This document shows positions 26,255-39,099 of a DNA stretch of 64,000 bases, piece after piece. Location of the stretch: positions 37,262,001 through 37,326,000 of the forward strand of contig CM059434.1 in the NCBI GenBank assembly GCA_030390025.1, written 5' to 3'. The notes under the pieces were generated by a model. The model had not been told where the DNA came from and searched no databases. It saw only the letters and a list, made by a program, of their open reading frames with translations. The number at the start of each line of letters is the position of its first letter. The first letter of the stretch is position 1. A program made the translations under genes and the position numbers. The stretch comes from Squalus acanthias (Eukaryota).

Positions 26255-26893
26255 GGGCTGGATTTTCATTGACCCGTGGACGGGGGTTTGGAGGCGTGTG
26301 GGGAGTTAAAATTGCGAAAACTGGTGGGCGGGCACAAGTCCGCCTCCATCCCGTCTCCACGCAATTTTCATTAAATCGTGTCTGCTGGTCCTGACTCTGT
26401 CCCGCCTTTAAGAGGCGGGATAGGCTGTTAAGGCCCTTAACAAGCACTAAATTGGCTCTATAATGCCATTTTGAAAGGCCCTTGTGATTTTAACCCTTGT
26501 TCTACGTGAAGCACGCCTGTTCTCAACCACGATTGTTGAAACCTGGCTGGCTATGGGGATGCATATATGGATGGATGGAGAGGAGACATATCTGGGAGTG
26601 GTGGTGTAAAAATATCTGGGAGCAGACTTAGGGCTGCTGCTTATTTTGCAGGTCCTCTCACAACAAAGGCCAGGCAGTCTTTGAAGACCTTCAATGCAGC
26701 AGCAATGATGACATCATCAAAGGCGACTTTCAGACTGAAAACACCAATTGGTTCATGGGTTCCCACATGCTGGAACTCAATTGCCCAATTAGGTGAAAAT
26801 TGCATCAATCTCCCACATCCAATTGCAGTCGGGTGGATAACACGAAAAGTGGATGACACGACCCCAACCCGCCCCAGTATCAAAATCCAGCCC
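26255..26893. mobile_element. Family A TIR element with AAT TSD
   Basis: AAT|GGGCTGGATTTT ... AAAATCCAGCCC|AAT, a perfect 12-bp TIR; interior homologous to 54669-55453. Confidence 0.88.
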
Positions 26894-26959
26894 AATGTCT
26901 TTTTTTCTGTTCTTCCCTCCCTCTTCTCTTTCTGTCCCCCCACACCACAAAATCCTGTG

Positions 26960-28230
26960 CTGAGTCAACTTGTCACGTATTGCGCTGATTATTAGAGATG
27001 ACCATCCTCTTCCGATCCGAGAATGGTCCATGGTATGGGGAACCTGGAGAAGGGGGAAAGACGGTCATTTAAGCTTATTGTGATTTTGTTTGTTCTTGAA
27101 CTATTTGGTATAAAAATCATGTACTTTGTAGCGTGCTTCTGAATAAAATACAGCTTTTGTATGGTTCCAAAAGAAAGTGTTCTTGAAGGAGTTTATTATG
27201 TAACAAAAATAATTTTCTCCCGGACGGTTAGTGTCTCCATTATTATTGGGCATTTCTGAGCTCCTATTGACCTTCTGGGAGTCTATGAAGTGTAGGCTCC
27301 GTAGGGGAATTGTCTGTGAGGCTCTGGATTCCATGCCTAACCAAGAGTTGTGGACGCAGGTCAGGATCCAGGGAATTACTCCCCAGTATTGTGCTGTTAC
27401 AGTGATGTGCATCGTTGAACAGATGTCTGGTATTGTCCCCCGAGTGGCAGCCTCGTATAAAGTCTGGTCAGCATTAGATTAGACCGAGGACAACTGCATC
27501 CAGTTTTGCAGCTAAGATCTTGGCCGATATTGTGTAATCCGTGTTGAGTGGGGATACAGATCTTTAGGAAGAATAAAGGGTTGGGTCTTTGTCTTTTTTG
27601 TGTGTTCATTTGATTGAGGCTGCCTTGAGTGTGTTTGAATGGCTCATCTCATCACTGTGGTGATGCTTCAGCAAGAAAAAGAACTTCAAGTAACAGTTCA
27701 GGGAGTTGGGCCTTGTAGAACACAGCTGGGTAGTCATTAAGTCTAAAGGCTTTCCTGGATTTGAGGCTTCACATTGCTGCTTTGATCTCTCTAACTGAGA
27801 CTTGGCAGTCTTGTGATTGAGCCTTGAGAGAGGGGCGAGGTTGGCGAGATGGTGCGATGTTTCTTTTGGGGCATTCAGGACTCTGGTGTATCATGAAGAA
27901 TTAAAGGTCTGCAAATTCCTTGTTGATTTCAGTGGGGTCAGAGTTAGTTTTCCCTCTGCTTTTCTAATTGATGTGACTGTTCTGATCAGCACTTGTTGTC
28001 GTGGGACATACGATGAGAGTTTTTCCAGTTTGTCTCCCTGCGTATAATATTTAGGCACTGTGTCAGATGAACTTTCTGCTCCCACAGGCAACAGGCTGTA
28101 GGGTTCGCCTCTGGCTTGTAGCAGGGCTTGCTCATTGCTCTTCAATTGGTCTAGGTCTGTATCTCTCTGGAAATGCTTCAGAGCCTATTGGCCCTTTCCC
28201 CAATCCATTTTATTAATATGACCATCATCG
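26960..28230 (-). mobile_element. Decayed L1/Tx1-clade LINE ORF2 relic
   Basis: Manual minus-strand translation gives KDKDPTLYSS*RSVSPLNTDYTISAKILAAKL...FIRGCHSGDNTRHLFN (cf. L1 YRPISLLNxDxKILAKIL...GFIxGR...DN), and upstream YYTQGDK...TSIRKAEGK / DPTEINKEFAD; boundaries approximate. Confidence 0.7.
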
Positions 28231-29039
28231 CAACTGATTTACTTCTGTTATCTTGCATGCTTGCTGACGTCAACACTTTTTTTTGAGGAAGGGGGATTCA
28301 AATTTTGGCTTACGGAGCATTTATGCACCTATATAACAATAAAAAATGGAGTTGGACTCTTACCTCTGGGTGAGAAGCTTATGGGTCAGAGCCAACACCA
28401 ATCTAGGCTGACACTCCTGTGCATTTCAGATGTGTTGCCAATTGAATGAAAGTTATACTGAGGTCCTGTCTGACTGTTCAGCTGGCTGTTAAAGCTGCAA
28501 TGGAAAGATTGTAGGGTTGATATGCTGGAAGGATGAGATTAAATGGGCTGAGGGGCCACCTTCATCCATTTTATCTTGTGATTTTGTGTTCCGAAGGTTA
28601 ACACAGTGTATTTTAGGGATGCACATTTTAGCGTGTTGATATTAATTATAAATCTACACATTTGAAATTCTATTCAAGATGAAACCTGTACTCTTAGAGC
28701 AGTATGAACAAAAATATTTGGTAAATTTTCTAACTGTTAATGTGGCTTGTTGAATGTTCCAGTGTATTTAATGCAGAAATATAGATGCAGAGAGTCAAAT
28801 AATGTGCTGTTTAATAAGGGACAAGCCACTTCCAGCATTAAGCACATGAATACAATAGTACACTCCTGCGCTACTGCTTTTGACCAAAGAATACAGATCA
28901 TTAATGTGAACTGGCCAACTGGATCAATTTATTCATTTTTCTGCTCCTTACCTGTTTTACACTGCAATATATTCAATTGTTTCTTTCATTGAATACAGAG
29001 ATTGGTAGGGAGTTGTTTATGTACTTTGCATTGTACAAT

Positions 29040-29860
29040 TCTGGCCTCTTGCGCGTCCCTGATTTTTATCACTCCACCATTGGTGGCTGTGCCTTCAGCT
29101 GCCTCGGCCCTGAGCTCTGGAATTCCCTCCCTAAACCTCTCTGCCTCTCTACCTTTCCTCCTTTTAAGATGCTGCTTAAAACCTATTTCTTTGCCCAAGC
29201 TTTTGGTCACCTGTCTTAATATTTTCTTTGGCTCGGTTTCAAATTTTGTTTGATAACACTCCTGTGACGCACCTTGGGATGTTTTACTACTTAAGGGTGC
29301 TGTATAAATACAAGTTGTCGTTTTTAATCATTTATGTTGTGCATGTAGCCTTTGCACCTTGTTTGTCCTTGTCTTAGTACATGTGACTTTGTTTTGTGTG
29401 TGAGAGAGTTAAATGTGACCCGTTGGTGCACATCAGAGCTGAGCTTCCGACCCAATATCCGCTCCATCTGCAAGTCTGCCTACTTCCACCTCCATAACAT
29501 CGCCCGCCTCCGCCTCTGCCTCAGCTCATCTGCTGCTGAAACCCTCATCCATGCCTTTGTTACCTCTAGACCCGACTTCTCCAATGCTTACCTGGCCGAC
29601 CTCCCACCTTGCACCCTCAGGAAACTAGAACTCATCCAAACCTCTGCTGCCCGTATCCTAACTCGCACCAAGTCCCTTTCACCCATCACCTCTGTGCTCG
29701 CTGACCTACAATTGGCTCCCGGTCCGGCAATACCTTGATTTAAAAATTCTCATCCTTGTTTTCAAATCCCTCCGTGGCTTTGACCCTCCCTATCTCTGTA
29801 ACCTCTTCCATCCCTACAACACGCCGAGATCTCTGCACTTCTCCAATTCTGGCCTTGTGT
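29040..29860 (+). mobile_element. Two L2 fragments (3' end 29040-29320; ORF2 piece 29437-29860)
   Basis: TIGGCAFSCLGPELWNSLP and AYFHLHNIARLR..AAETLIHAFVTSR. Confidence 0.88.
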
Positions 29861-29864
29861 GGCA

Positions 29865-30278
29865 TTTAAAATTTTTTACATTTTACATTTTTAAAATCTC
29901 TAACTACAATTAAAACCTGAAGGAATGAGACTCCACACATGTAATAGTTAATTTTCAGCACCAGAGAGGTTGTTTGGCAGCAAGTAACACTTCTTATGTC
30001 ATTAATAGGGTACATAGACAGGAATGGACATGACTTAAATTTTTGTTGCGAGATTAGTTCTGATCTACCGAGCAACTTCACATCATTCAAGGTATTTCAA
30101 TGATGAGCCAGTCAGCGAGATGGCGTTTACGCTACCGGTGGCGCGGTGCACCTCGGACAGCAACTTCTGGATATTTCAGTTTAATCGCGCACCTGCCCCG
30201 CGCCTGAAGTTGCTGTAACATTTGCGCATAAAAAATGGTGCCATTAGCCTCGCCATTATTTTGACAACAATTCTGGCC
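29865..30278. mobile_element. Truncated family B TIR element
   Basis: Collinear with ~11660-11980 and ending ccattattttgacaacaattctggcc. Confidence 0.7.
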
Positions 30279-33200
30279 TAATCACTTTAATCCAAAAAGT
30301 AGTTTTTGCACATTTTGGTAACCCTGCAGTTGTTGTGTGAGGTGATCAGAAATGGCACTATGCAAGATCTCAAACTGTCACTGTTGGCTTGTGCTTCCAT
30401 TTATGTAGATTTGCCGACAAATGGTTGTTGTCGATGTTCCCTCAGATTTTATGCTCGTAAAACGTCCTTTAACTATTAAAGTCCTGTGCTGTGCCTTGGG
30501 TTTTAATTGGTGCTTTGTCCTTAATCCAGCATGAAACGTACACTTAAAAAAATAATGAGGTTGTGTTGTAAGGGTAAGTACTGAATATAGTGAGATTTGC
30601 AACAGGAGAAATGCTGGAAAGATTTACATTGAGTAGTCTAAAAGAGTACAAAGCCCTGATTTATTATGCAACATGAACATTCCTGAATATAAATCTATAT
30701 TCAATGTTGGCTAATGATTGCTTAATGCATTTGTGTGTCCACTATTTTAACAGGTGTTACCATTTACTTCAAATGGTAAAACCTCTGCCAAAATAGCAGT
30801 GGAATATCGTACAAATGTGCAGTGTTTCTCTGCTAATATCTGCAACAGTAATTTCTCGGCCATACTTAGCATAGCGAGCAGAGTATAAAAAGAATGCCCA
30901 AAGGTGAAGTTTAACATTTTTAATGAGATTTGATTGTCAAGCTACTGCATTGAAGATTTTCCAGCTCCTTACCATTGGTTTGTATACAGACCTATCTCGT
31001 TCCCATGAATTTAGAACCATAATCCATTTATCTTTACACTGTCTTGGACCACTTCAATTTTAAAATCTATTACTTGCTTTGCCATTGTTATGAATACAAC
31101 TCTTCAACTTAATTTTAAAATTAAATTGAATAGATATGTTGGCGTACCTGCTATTTCCACAGCTGTTACTCAATTACGGTGTTCTGATGACTTCCTTAAC
31201 TGCGAGAGGTTTAGGAGTAGTGGAGTTCAGATTAGGTGATGGCCTTTTAATCACGCTTTGCGTCTTTTGTTTTTAATATATACTATTCCAACTTTTCGCA
31301 GGAGTCTCGGCCAGGTAGTGGCTGTCAGTAATGCTGCCAGCTGTTAATGTGCTTCACGTCCTTAAGGCATAATAAAGTGTACGCAAGGACTGTGATACCA
31401 TTAGTGCAAATTTATTGAAAAATAATTTGCAGTTGCCCACAACAGTGAGTCACTGGGCTCCTGAGTTTTCTTGATTAAAATCCCAGTTTTACTTGGCGTT
31501 CTTGATGGATGCAGAAGTTAATGGAAATTTTGTGAAGCTACTTATTCTTGGAACATCCCATTTTGCACTTTTTTTACAGGGAAGATTCAGTAAGATAAAT
31601 TTACAAGTTTAGGAAACCTACAATGTTTGCTGTTGCAGGATTGGGCGGAGCACTGTTTGGAACACTATCCTCCGAGACCTGGATTCACATCCAGCGTGGA
31701 CAGTTCAGTTAGAGTTTGATTTCCTCTCTTTGAAAACCATGCTCAAAATTGTAAGTCCTGACAGTTTGTTTAGTTCCCAGTGAACAAGAGACTGCTTAAC
31801 AAAAACATTCTTGCATATAATTCTCAAATTGGATATATCTGGCAAATGCTTAAACGAAAAAGTTAGCAATTGTTTATGTTACTTAGGCCTGAACTTGAAA
31901 TGGAGAAAGAAAACAACCAAATTTAGTTTCTCACCAAGTTAGCTACTATGAATCTAACTTGCAAATGCTGATCTTCAGCACTGTCTGTGGTGTCCTCAAT
32001 ATTGCATTTTCTCTGTTAACTATTATTAATTATTTGAAATGTTAAAATTCCTAATCAAGCATCTGGCAAAAAAAGATGTTTTCTTTAACTGTAAAGATCT
32101 TTGAAAAGCTAAGATGTCCATAAGCTGCTACATGGTATAAGTGAAGCCAACCTCCCCCCTGAACCCCCACCCCTAGGTTGTGAAGCAGTCAGTCCTTGGT
32201 CTGTGCTGTTTCTTGGTTGCATCAGGAGCGTACTGTATGCATAAAGTCGAACACCATGAAACTCTGTGGCACAGCATACTAATGCTCATGTGTTACTAAG
32301 TGCCTATCTGAATTTTTCCTGTTTCAAAATGCTGCTTTATGGTAGCCCGACTCAATCAGTAACTCGACTGATAGCATTATCTCCCAACCCGGAGACTCCT
32401 GAGCAGGCCTTGAAAATTCTGCTTGCAAGCTAGCCAGCACTGAGTTACTATCCAGCTTTGACTGAAAGTAGACCTGGTGGTAGTGTTCTGTGGGTACCCA
32501 TACAATTTTTAGGTCATACATATGGTAATGTGCTCTGTTATGTTATAGGATGTACCAAAAAGTTGATTGAATCATATAATTAATGGAATATCCAGTTACG
32601 AAACTAAATAACTTTTACAGCTCTAAACACTGTTGGAATCTAACAGTCACAACACGTCTCGCCATTCTTTGAAGGTTATGTTTTAGTCCTTCACTGGCTC
32701 AGCAGGCACTCGTTGACAGCTGAATTTCAAATGCTGCATTATGAAGAGTGAACTGCAACATTGACTGCTCAATGAATCTCTGAGCAATCTTCAGCAAATG
32801 GTTTCAGCTGTAAAAATTAAAAAAAAAGCACATTATTTACAGATTAATCTTCCAACCCTCTCTTTAATAAAAATGCATAGTTTTCAGTAAGTACATATTA
32901 GAGAACTTGGTCATGGAATTTACTCCTTTCCAGTAGCCTGCTTGTTCACAGGTGAATTTTGACTAATAGAGTAATATGCCATTCTATGGTCCGAATAATG
33001 ATTGGGATGTGATTCTGAGTCTTGACAAGCACGAACTGCTTTTGATCAAAACACCCATTTATATTCTGTATGGTTTTGCCTCCAACCTTGCTGCTACTGT
33101 TTGGTACTTAAGCAGTTTTAATAAGATATATGTAGTTCTTATGATGAAAATAAAATTCTCGTCCTGTTAAGCATATATATTATGCATATCATAGAAATAT

Positions 33201-33327
33201 ATAAAACATATATCTTTTAAGTATGTCAGTCTTTTAAAAATGGTGGAACCCAAATTCTAAAATGGACTCAAGTGCTTTATTGGAAACTAAAATGGCTGCT
33301 GAGAAACTCTGACTCTTTGGGGGTGGC

Positions 33328-33501
33328 GGGATCATTTTAACCTAACTCGGCAGGTGGGGAACCCACGGGATCGGGTGGACCGCCCGCTTTACACCCTGCC
33401 CAATATGACTTCAATGGAGAGTAAAATGGGGCAGGGTGTAAAACCAGCCTTGCACCCAATCTCGTCCCTTCCCCCACGGGTGGATTAAGTTAAAATTGCC
33501 C
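33328..33501. mobile_element. Short palindromic MITE
   Basis: GGGATCATTTTAACCTAA ... TTAAGTTAAAATTGCCC termini plus inner perfect inverted repeat tttacaccctgccc / gggcagggtgtaaa. Confidence 0.7.
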
Positions 33502-33524
33502 ACTTAGTTACAGAAGTCTCTTTG

Positions 33525-33990
33525 ATCACAAGCTCCATACAAATGGGGAAGACCATTTGGCCCATTTTAGCGCATCCATCTGGAAAGACCTTACGGTCTC
33601 CCCACTCCGCACCACCCTTCATCACAACATCGAATTATTTCTTAAATGATCTCGGATTTTTCCTTCCACTACCCAACCAATCCATATATTGCTCACTCTG
33701 TGTGGGGGGAAATAAAACTTCCTGACATCAGTCCTGCATTTCCCTTTTATTAGCTAGCACCTGTACCCCTGTCGTGGTTTAATTTGAAGTACTGTCATGA
33801 ATTTACCTATTCAATACTGTTTCCTATCTTATATACCTCTCTTCACCTCAGTTCAAAAGGCCCAGGTTTCTCCAGTCTTTTCTCATAATTGATGCTGGGG
33901 ATCAGTCTCGGTGCTCTTTTCCACGGCTTGAATGTCTCCATGTGTGTTGGTGACAAGAGATAGACACTACAGAAATTGTGGTCTAAGCAG
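33525..33990 (-). mobile_element. Old CR1 3' fragment
   Basis: Minus ORF ...KRAPRLIPSINYEKRLEKPG..ELR; tail gaccatttggccca. Confidence 0.55.
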
Positions 33991-34460
33991 GGCAAAATAC
34001 AGTTTCCACATGATCTTTTTTGACAGTTTATATAATTTGGATCTATTTTCAACTTCATGCTTAGCTATTTAAGTACAATACTTGTTACTTCAAATTAATC
34101 ATCAGTTTACATGTTCAATAGTTCTATAGCTGCCTTCTCAGTTTGGTATCCCCTGCAAGTTTGACAGTTTCCATTTAGCTTTTGAATCCAAGTCATGGAA
34201 TCTTATTTGTAACAGATGGACGAATGTAAATTCTGATTATCATGCTGTAATTACTGTCTGGTTGAGATACAGGAAAGGAACTGTTACAAACCATTACATC
34301 TTTGTCTTCTAAGATGTTAAGACATTTTATTTTGACCTTTTTGAAGAAATTAGTTGAACTTCAAAGGGGAACATACCCTTCTAACCCCCTGAATCTTCTA
34401 GTGCTCATCATTTTTGTTCATTGTTGTACATATAGACGACATATGCATCATCACCACCCG

Positions 34461-35262
34461 AGACTCTGAACTGCAGCTGGGCTGGCCTTATCGAAATCGG
34501 CTAAAGATCGCGGAATTTCAAGTGCAAGTTATATCCAGCGCAAATAGAGTTTCCGCGATCTTTTGCGCTGCTTTAAAAAGCATGAGCTGGAAGCCGGCCC
34601 CGCCCACAAAATTGGCCACGCCCCCAGATCGAATTAATCACTATGGCGAGTTTCCGCTATTAGCGGCTGTTTGTGGGCCGTTGAGGAGGCTCATCAAATT
34701 AAGTTGCCTTTTTTAGGTGCAACGACACTAATCGGCACCTTTTAAAAGCTTTTAAATATTAAAATATATTTAATTTACTCAAACTAACCACACCAATGAA
34801 ACTAGTAAATGGTTCTGTATAGTTTTTAGTCATTTTCAGTTATTTAAAATCAGGTTATTCACCGGTGGTGGACGAGACACCATGTTCCCTTTAAGTTGTG
34901 TGGCCGTGCCGCTGTCTCGAGATCCCACACAGTGGCCCAAAAAAAAATGAGGGGAAACATTGCTAGACACCCTGATTAAAAATGCTTATTTTTTGTGATA
35001 AACCCATTTTCAGCTGTATTAATAAAACTGCACCAGGTTAACACTCTTAAATATATCCAGCAATATTTTTTTTAAGGCAATTAAAAAAAAAACGTTCTTA
35101 AACACTGCCCGATTGCGCTGGTTCAGGGCAGATTTTACGTTTGCTGATATGCAAATGAGTTTGAGCGGAAACTTGAGCAAAAAAGATCACTTCTGAAAAC
35201 TAGCGCAATTTTGAGTGCAGTTAGCGTCCGGATTGCCGATTGCGCCCAAAGCGGAAACGCTT
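34461..35262. repeat. CpG-rich interspersed repeat with AT-rich centre (probable MITE)
   Basis: Abrupt CpG-rich ends and AT-rich core, as in the other TIR elements; termini not clearly resolved. Confidence 0.4.
34881..34962. mobile_element. 82-bp hAT-like mini element with 8-bp TSD
   Basis: cgagacac|CATGTTCCC ... GGGAAACATTG|ctagacac (TSD 7/8). Confidence 0.6.
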
Positions 35263-35404
35263 GGTATCTGTCTATTCAAGCGTTTACCAAAAGGGCTGGG
35301 TGAACAATAAACTCTCAACGGTTCTGTGTTCTGTAAATTACTGAATGTAATTGGAATGAATGGGAACAGAGTAACTTCTCTCTTCCCCTAAATCTAATCA
35401 AAGT

Positions 35405-38400
35405 CTTCTTCTTAGGCAGTCCCTCGGAACCAAGGATGACTTGCTTCCACATTAAAAATTAGTTCTCAGGTGACTGATGAGTCCAATGCGGGACCTACAG
35501 TCTCTGTCACAGGTGGGGCAGACGGTGGTTGAAGGGGCGGGTGGGTGGGGTGCTTGGGTTGACGTGCGCTCCTTGCACTTGGCTTCCGCTTGCTCCCGGC
35601 GAAGAGACTCGAGGTATTCGGTGCCTTCCCGGATGCTTCTCCTCCACTTTGTGCGGTCTTGGGCCAGGGATTCCCAGATGTCGGTGGGGATGTTACACTT
35701 TTTCAAGGAGGCTTTGAGGGTGTCCTTGAAGCGTTTCCTCTGCCCACCTGGGGCTCTCTTGCCGTGTCGGAGCTCCGAGTAGAGCGCTTGTTTTGGGAGT
35801 CTCGTATCGGGCATGCGGACGATGTGACCCGTCCATCGGAGCTGATCGAGCGTGGTCAAAGCTTCGATGCTGGGGATGTTGGCCTGAGCGAGAACACGGA
35901 CGTTGGTGCACCTATTCTGCCAATGGATTTGCAGGATCTTGCGGAGGCAGCGTTGGTGGTACCTCTCCAGTGCTTTGAGGTGCCTGCTGTACATGGTCCA
36001 TGTCTCTGAGGCATACAGGAGGGCGGGTATTACTACTGCTCTGTAGACCATGAGCTTGGTGCCGGGTTTGAGGTCCTGGTCTTCAAACACTCTCTTCCTC
36101 AGGCGACCGAAGGCTGCACTGGCACACTGAAGGCGGTGTTGGACTTTGTCATCGACATCTGCCCTTGTTGACAGTAGGCTCCTGAGGTATGGAAAGTGGT
36201 CCACGTTGTCCAAGGCCTAGTCATGGATTTTGATAATCGGGGGGCAGAACTGTGTGTCGGAGGCAGGTTGGTAGAGGACCTTTGTCTTACGGATGTTTAG
36301 TGTAAGGCCCATGCTCTCGTACGCTCCGGTGAAGGTGTTAACGATGGTTTGGAGTTCGACCTCAGAGTGTGCGCAGACGCAAGCGTTGTCTGCATACTGT
36401 AATTCGATGACAGAGGATGGGACGACCTTGGATCTGGACTGGAGGCGACAGAGGTTGAACAGTTTCCCGTTTGTTTTGTAAATTAGCTCCACTCCAGCGG
36501 GGAGCTTACTGAGGGTGAGGTGGAGCATTGCAGCAAGGAAGATCGAGAAGAGCATTGGTGCGATGACACAGCCTTGCTTGACCCGGGTCCGTACATGAAT
36601 TGGGTCTGTGGTGGAACTGTTGGTCAGGATCACAGCTTGCATGTCGTCGTGAAGCAGGCGGAGAATGGTGACAAACTTTTGAGGGCAGCCGAATTTGAGG
36701 AGGACACTCCATAATCCCTCACGGTTGACAGTGTCAAAGGCCTTTGAGGTCAAAGAAGGCCATGTACAGCGGTTGGTGCTGTTCCCTGCATTTCTCTTGT
36801 AATTGGCGCGCGGTGAAGATCATGTCCATTGTGCCCCTTAGTGGGCGGAATCTGCATTGCGACTCTGAGAGGAGCTCTTCAGCTACTGGGAGAAGGCGAT
36901 TGAGGAGGATTCTTGCGATGACTTTCCCTGTGGCAGACAGCAGGGAAACTCCTCTGTAATTACCGCAATCGGACTAGTCACCTTTCTTGAAGATGGTCAC
37001 AATTACGGTGTCTCTGAGATCCCCTGGCATGCTCTCCTCCTTCCAGATAAGAGAAATGAGTTCATGAATTCACGCCAGTAGTGCTTCTCCGCCATGCTTT
37101 AATGCCTCAGCAGGGATTCCATCTGCTCCTGAGGCCTTGTTCTTCAGTTGTCGGATGGCCTCTTCAACCTCATGCCGGGCTGGGGTTGTGCTGAGGTGGT
37201 GGCGGGTAGCATGTTGCGGGATGGAGTTGAGGACACTCGCGTCGTAGACAGAGTCTCGGTTAAGGAGATCTTCAAAGTGCTCCTTCCAGTGGGCACTGAC
37301 TGCCTCTCTGTCCTTGATGAGTACCTCTCCGTTCTTGGCCCGCAGTGGAGTAGGACCTTGGGTGCTTGGGCCGTAGGTGGTCTTGACTGCGCTAAAGAGT
37401 CCACGCACGTCGTGGTTGTCGGCTAGCTGCTGGATCTCCTGCACTTTCTCCACCCACCACCTGTTCTTTAGGTCACGAGATTTTTGTTGGACCTCGGCCT
37501 TCAGGCATCTGTAGAGCTGCTTTCTTGCTCTCGAGTTGTGTTGCTGTTTCCAGATCAGGAATGTCTTGCGCTTGCGGCTTATTGGCTCCTGGATCTCCTG
37601 GTCGTTCTCGTCGAACCAGTCTTGGTGTTTCCTGGTCGAGTGACCGAGCGTCTCTTCACAGGTGCTGATTATGGAGGCCTTGAGTGCAGACCAGGCGCTG
37701 TGGACACTCTGTGTCTCTGAATCACTGGGAGTAGTCACGTTGTTTGTGAGGCGCAGGCTGAATAGGGCTTTCTTAGCAGGGTCTTTGAGTGTTCCAGCGT
37801 TGATTTTCCTGGGGCATTGTTTCTGTTGCCGCTGCTGTTTTGGGGCTACATTGATGGAGATGACCGAGCGGATTAGGCGGTGGTCTGTCCAGTGGTGGTC
37901 AGCTCCTGTCGGCGCGGGTGATGCGGTTGTCCTTGCGGTCCCTCGCTCGGACGATGACGTAATTCAGCAGATGCCAGTGCTTGGAGCGAGGGTGCTGCCA
38001 TGAAGCCTTGTCTCTCTGCCGGAACAAGGTGTTGGTTATGACAAGGCCATGTTCTAAGCATTTTGTCAGGAGGAGGGTACCATTGGAGTTGGCTTTCCCT
38101 ACCCCCTCTCTGCCGATCACACCTCCCCAGAGGTCTGTGTCCTTTCCAACTCTGGCGTTAAAGTTGCCAAGGAGGATCAGCTTGTCGCCCGTTGGGACTC
38201 AGGACAGGGATTGTTCAAGGCTGGAGTAGAATTCCTCTTTGGTCTCGTCTGTGGCTTCCAGTGTTGGGGCATACGCACTGATGACCGTAGTGCACTGGTT
38301 CCGGGCTAGGGTTAGCCAAAGAGTCATGAGGCGCAGGGAGTCTCTGAGACGCCCAACTAGTTGATTTTTTATGGCGAGGCCGACCCCATGGAGGCGGCGT

Positions 38401-38764
38401 TCTTCTTCAGGTTTGCCTTTCCAGAAGAAGGTGTAACCACTGCCTTGCTCCTTGAGCTGGCCTTCCCCTGCCCGCCGGGTCTCGCTTAGGGCGGCGATGT
38501 CAATGTCGAAACGTCTGAGCTCCCGGGCAACGATAGCAGTCCGGCGTTCCGGTCTGTCGCTGTTGGGGTTGTCCATGAGGGTCCTGACGTTCCAGGTCCC
38601 GAACTTCATTTTAAAGGGTGGAAGATGCCTGTGCGTGAATTCTTTTAACGTCGGGTGGCCGTTGCACACCAGCTACCACACGGGCTTGACAGAGCAAGGT
38701 CTTGGTCCAATGGCAAGGGGATCCAAGACGATTGGAGACCAGGTGCGCAAATTGGCTGCCATTG
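35405..38764 (-). mobile_element. Near-full-length RTE-clade LINE (APE + RT + C-terminal zinc finger), disrupted
   Basis: FGTWNVRTL...IAALSETR (APE), KAFDTVNREGLW, VKQGCVIAP, LQYADN (YADD lost), CPTCDRDCRSRIGLISHLRT; (AAG)n tail at 35404-35412; TSD TAATCAAAGT at 35395-35404 and 38765-38774. Confidence 0.95.
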
Positions 38765-39099
38765 TAATCAAAGTATTGCACAATTAACTACATGTATTTG
38801 TATTGTATAAATTGTACCTTAAGTACAAAAAAGAAAATGGCCTCATTCTTGCCCCTTCTAAAGAAATAGGTTAGTAAACTTAAGTATAGTTTTATGTAGT
38901 GCAGGCTTTGGTTAAAGGACGAGGTGTGTAGGCTTGCTTGTTTGTGTTGAGTTATACTGTCCGTTGCAAGAAAGCACCAGCTCCTGACCAGTATGTATGA
39001 ACAAGAATGCTGCAAGACTGAGTACTGACACAACTTGTTGGATTTCCCATATCCAGTCTTATTGGAAGATACCTGTATTGAAACTGTCTTCCTAAATTT

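Noticed and set aside
35477-38787. Plus-strand ORFs over the RTE
   Set aside because: Antisense shadow frames of a GC-rich coding element
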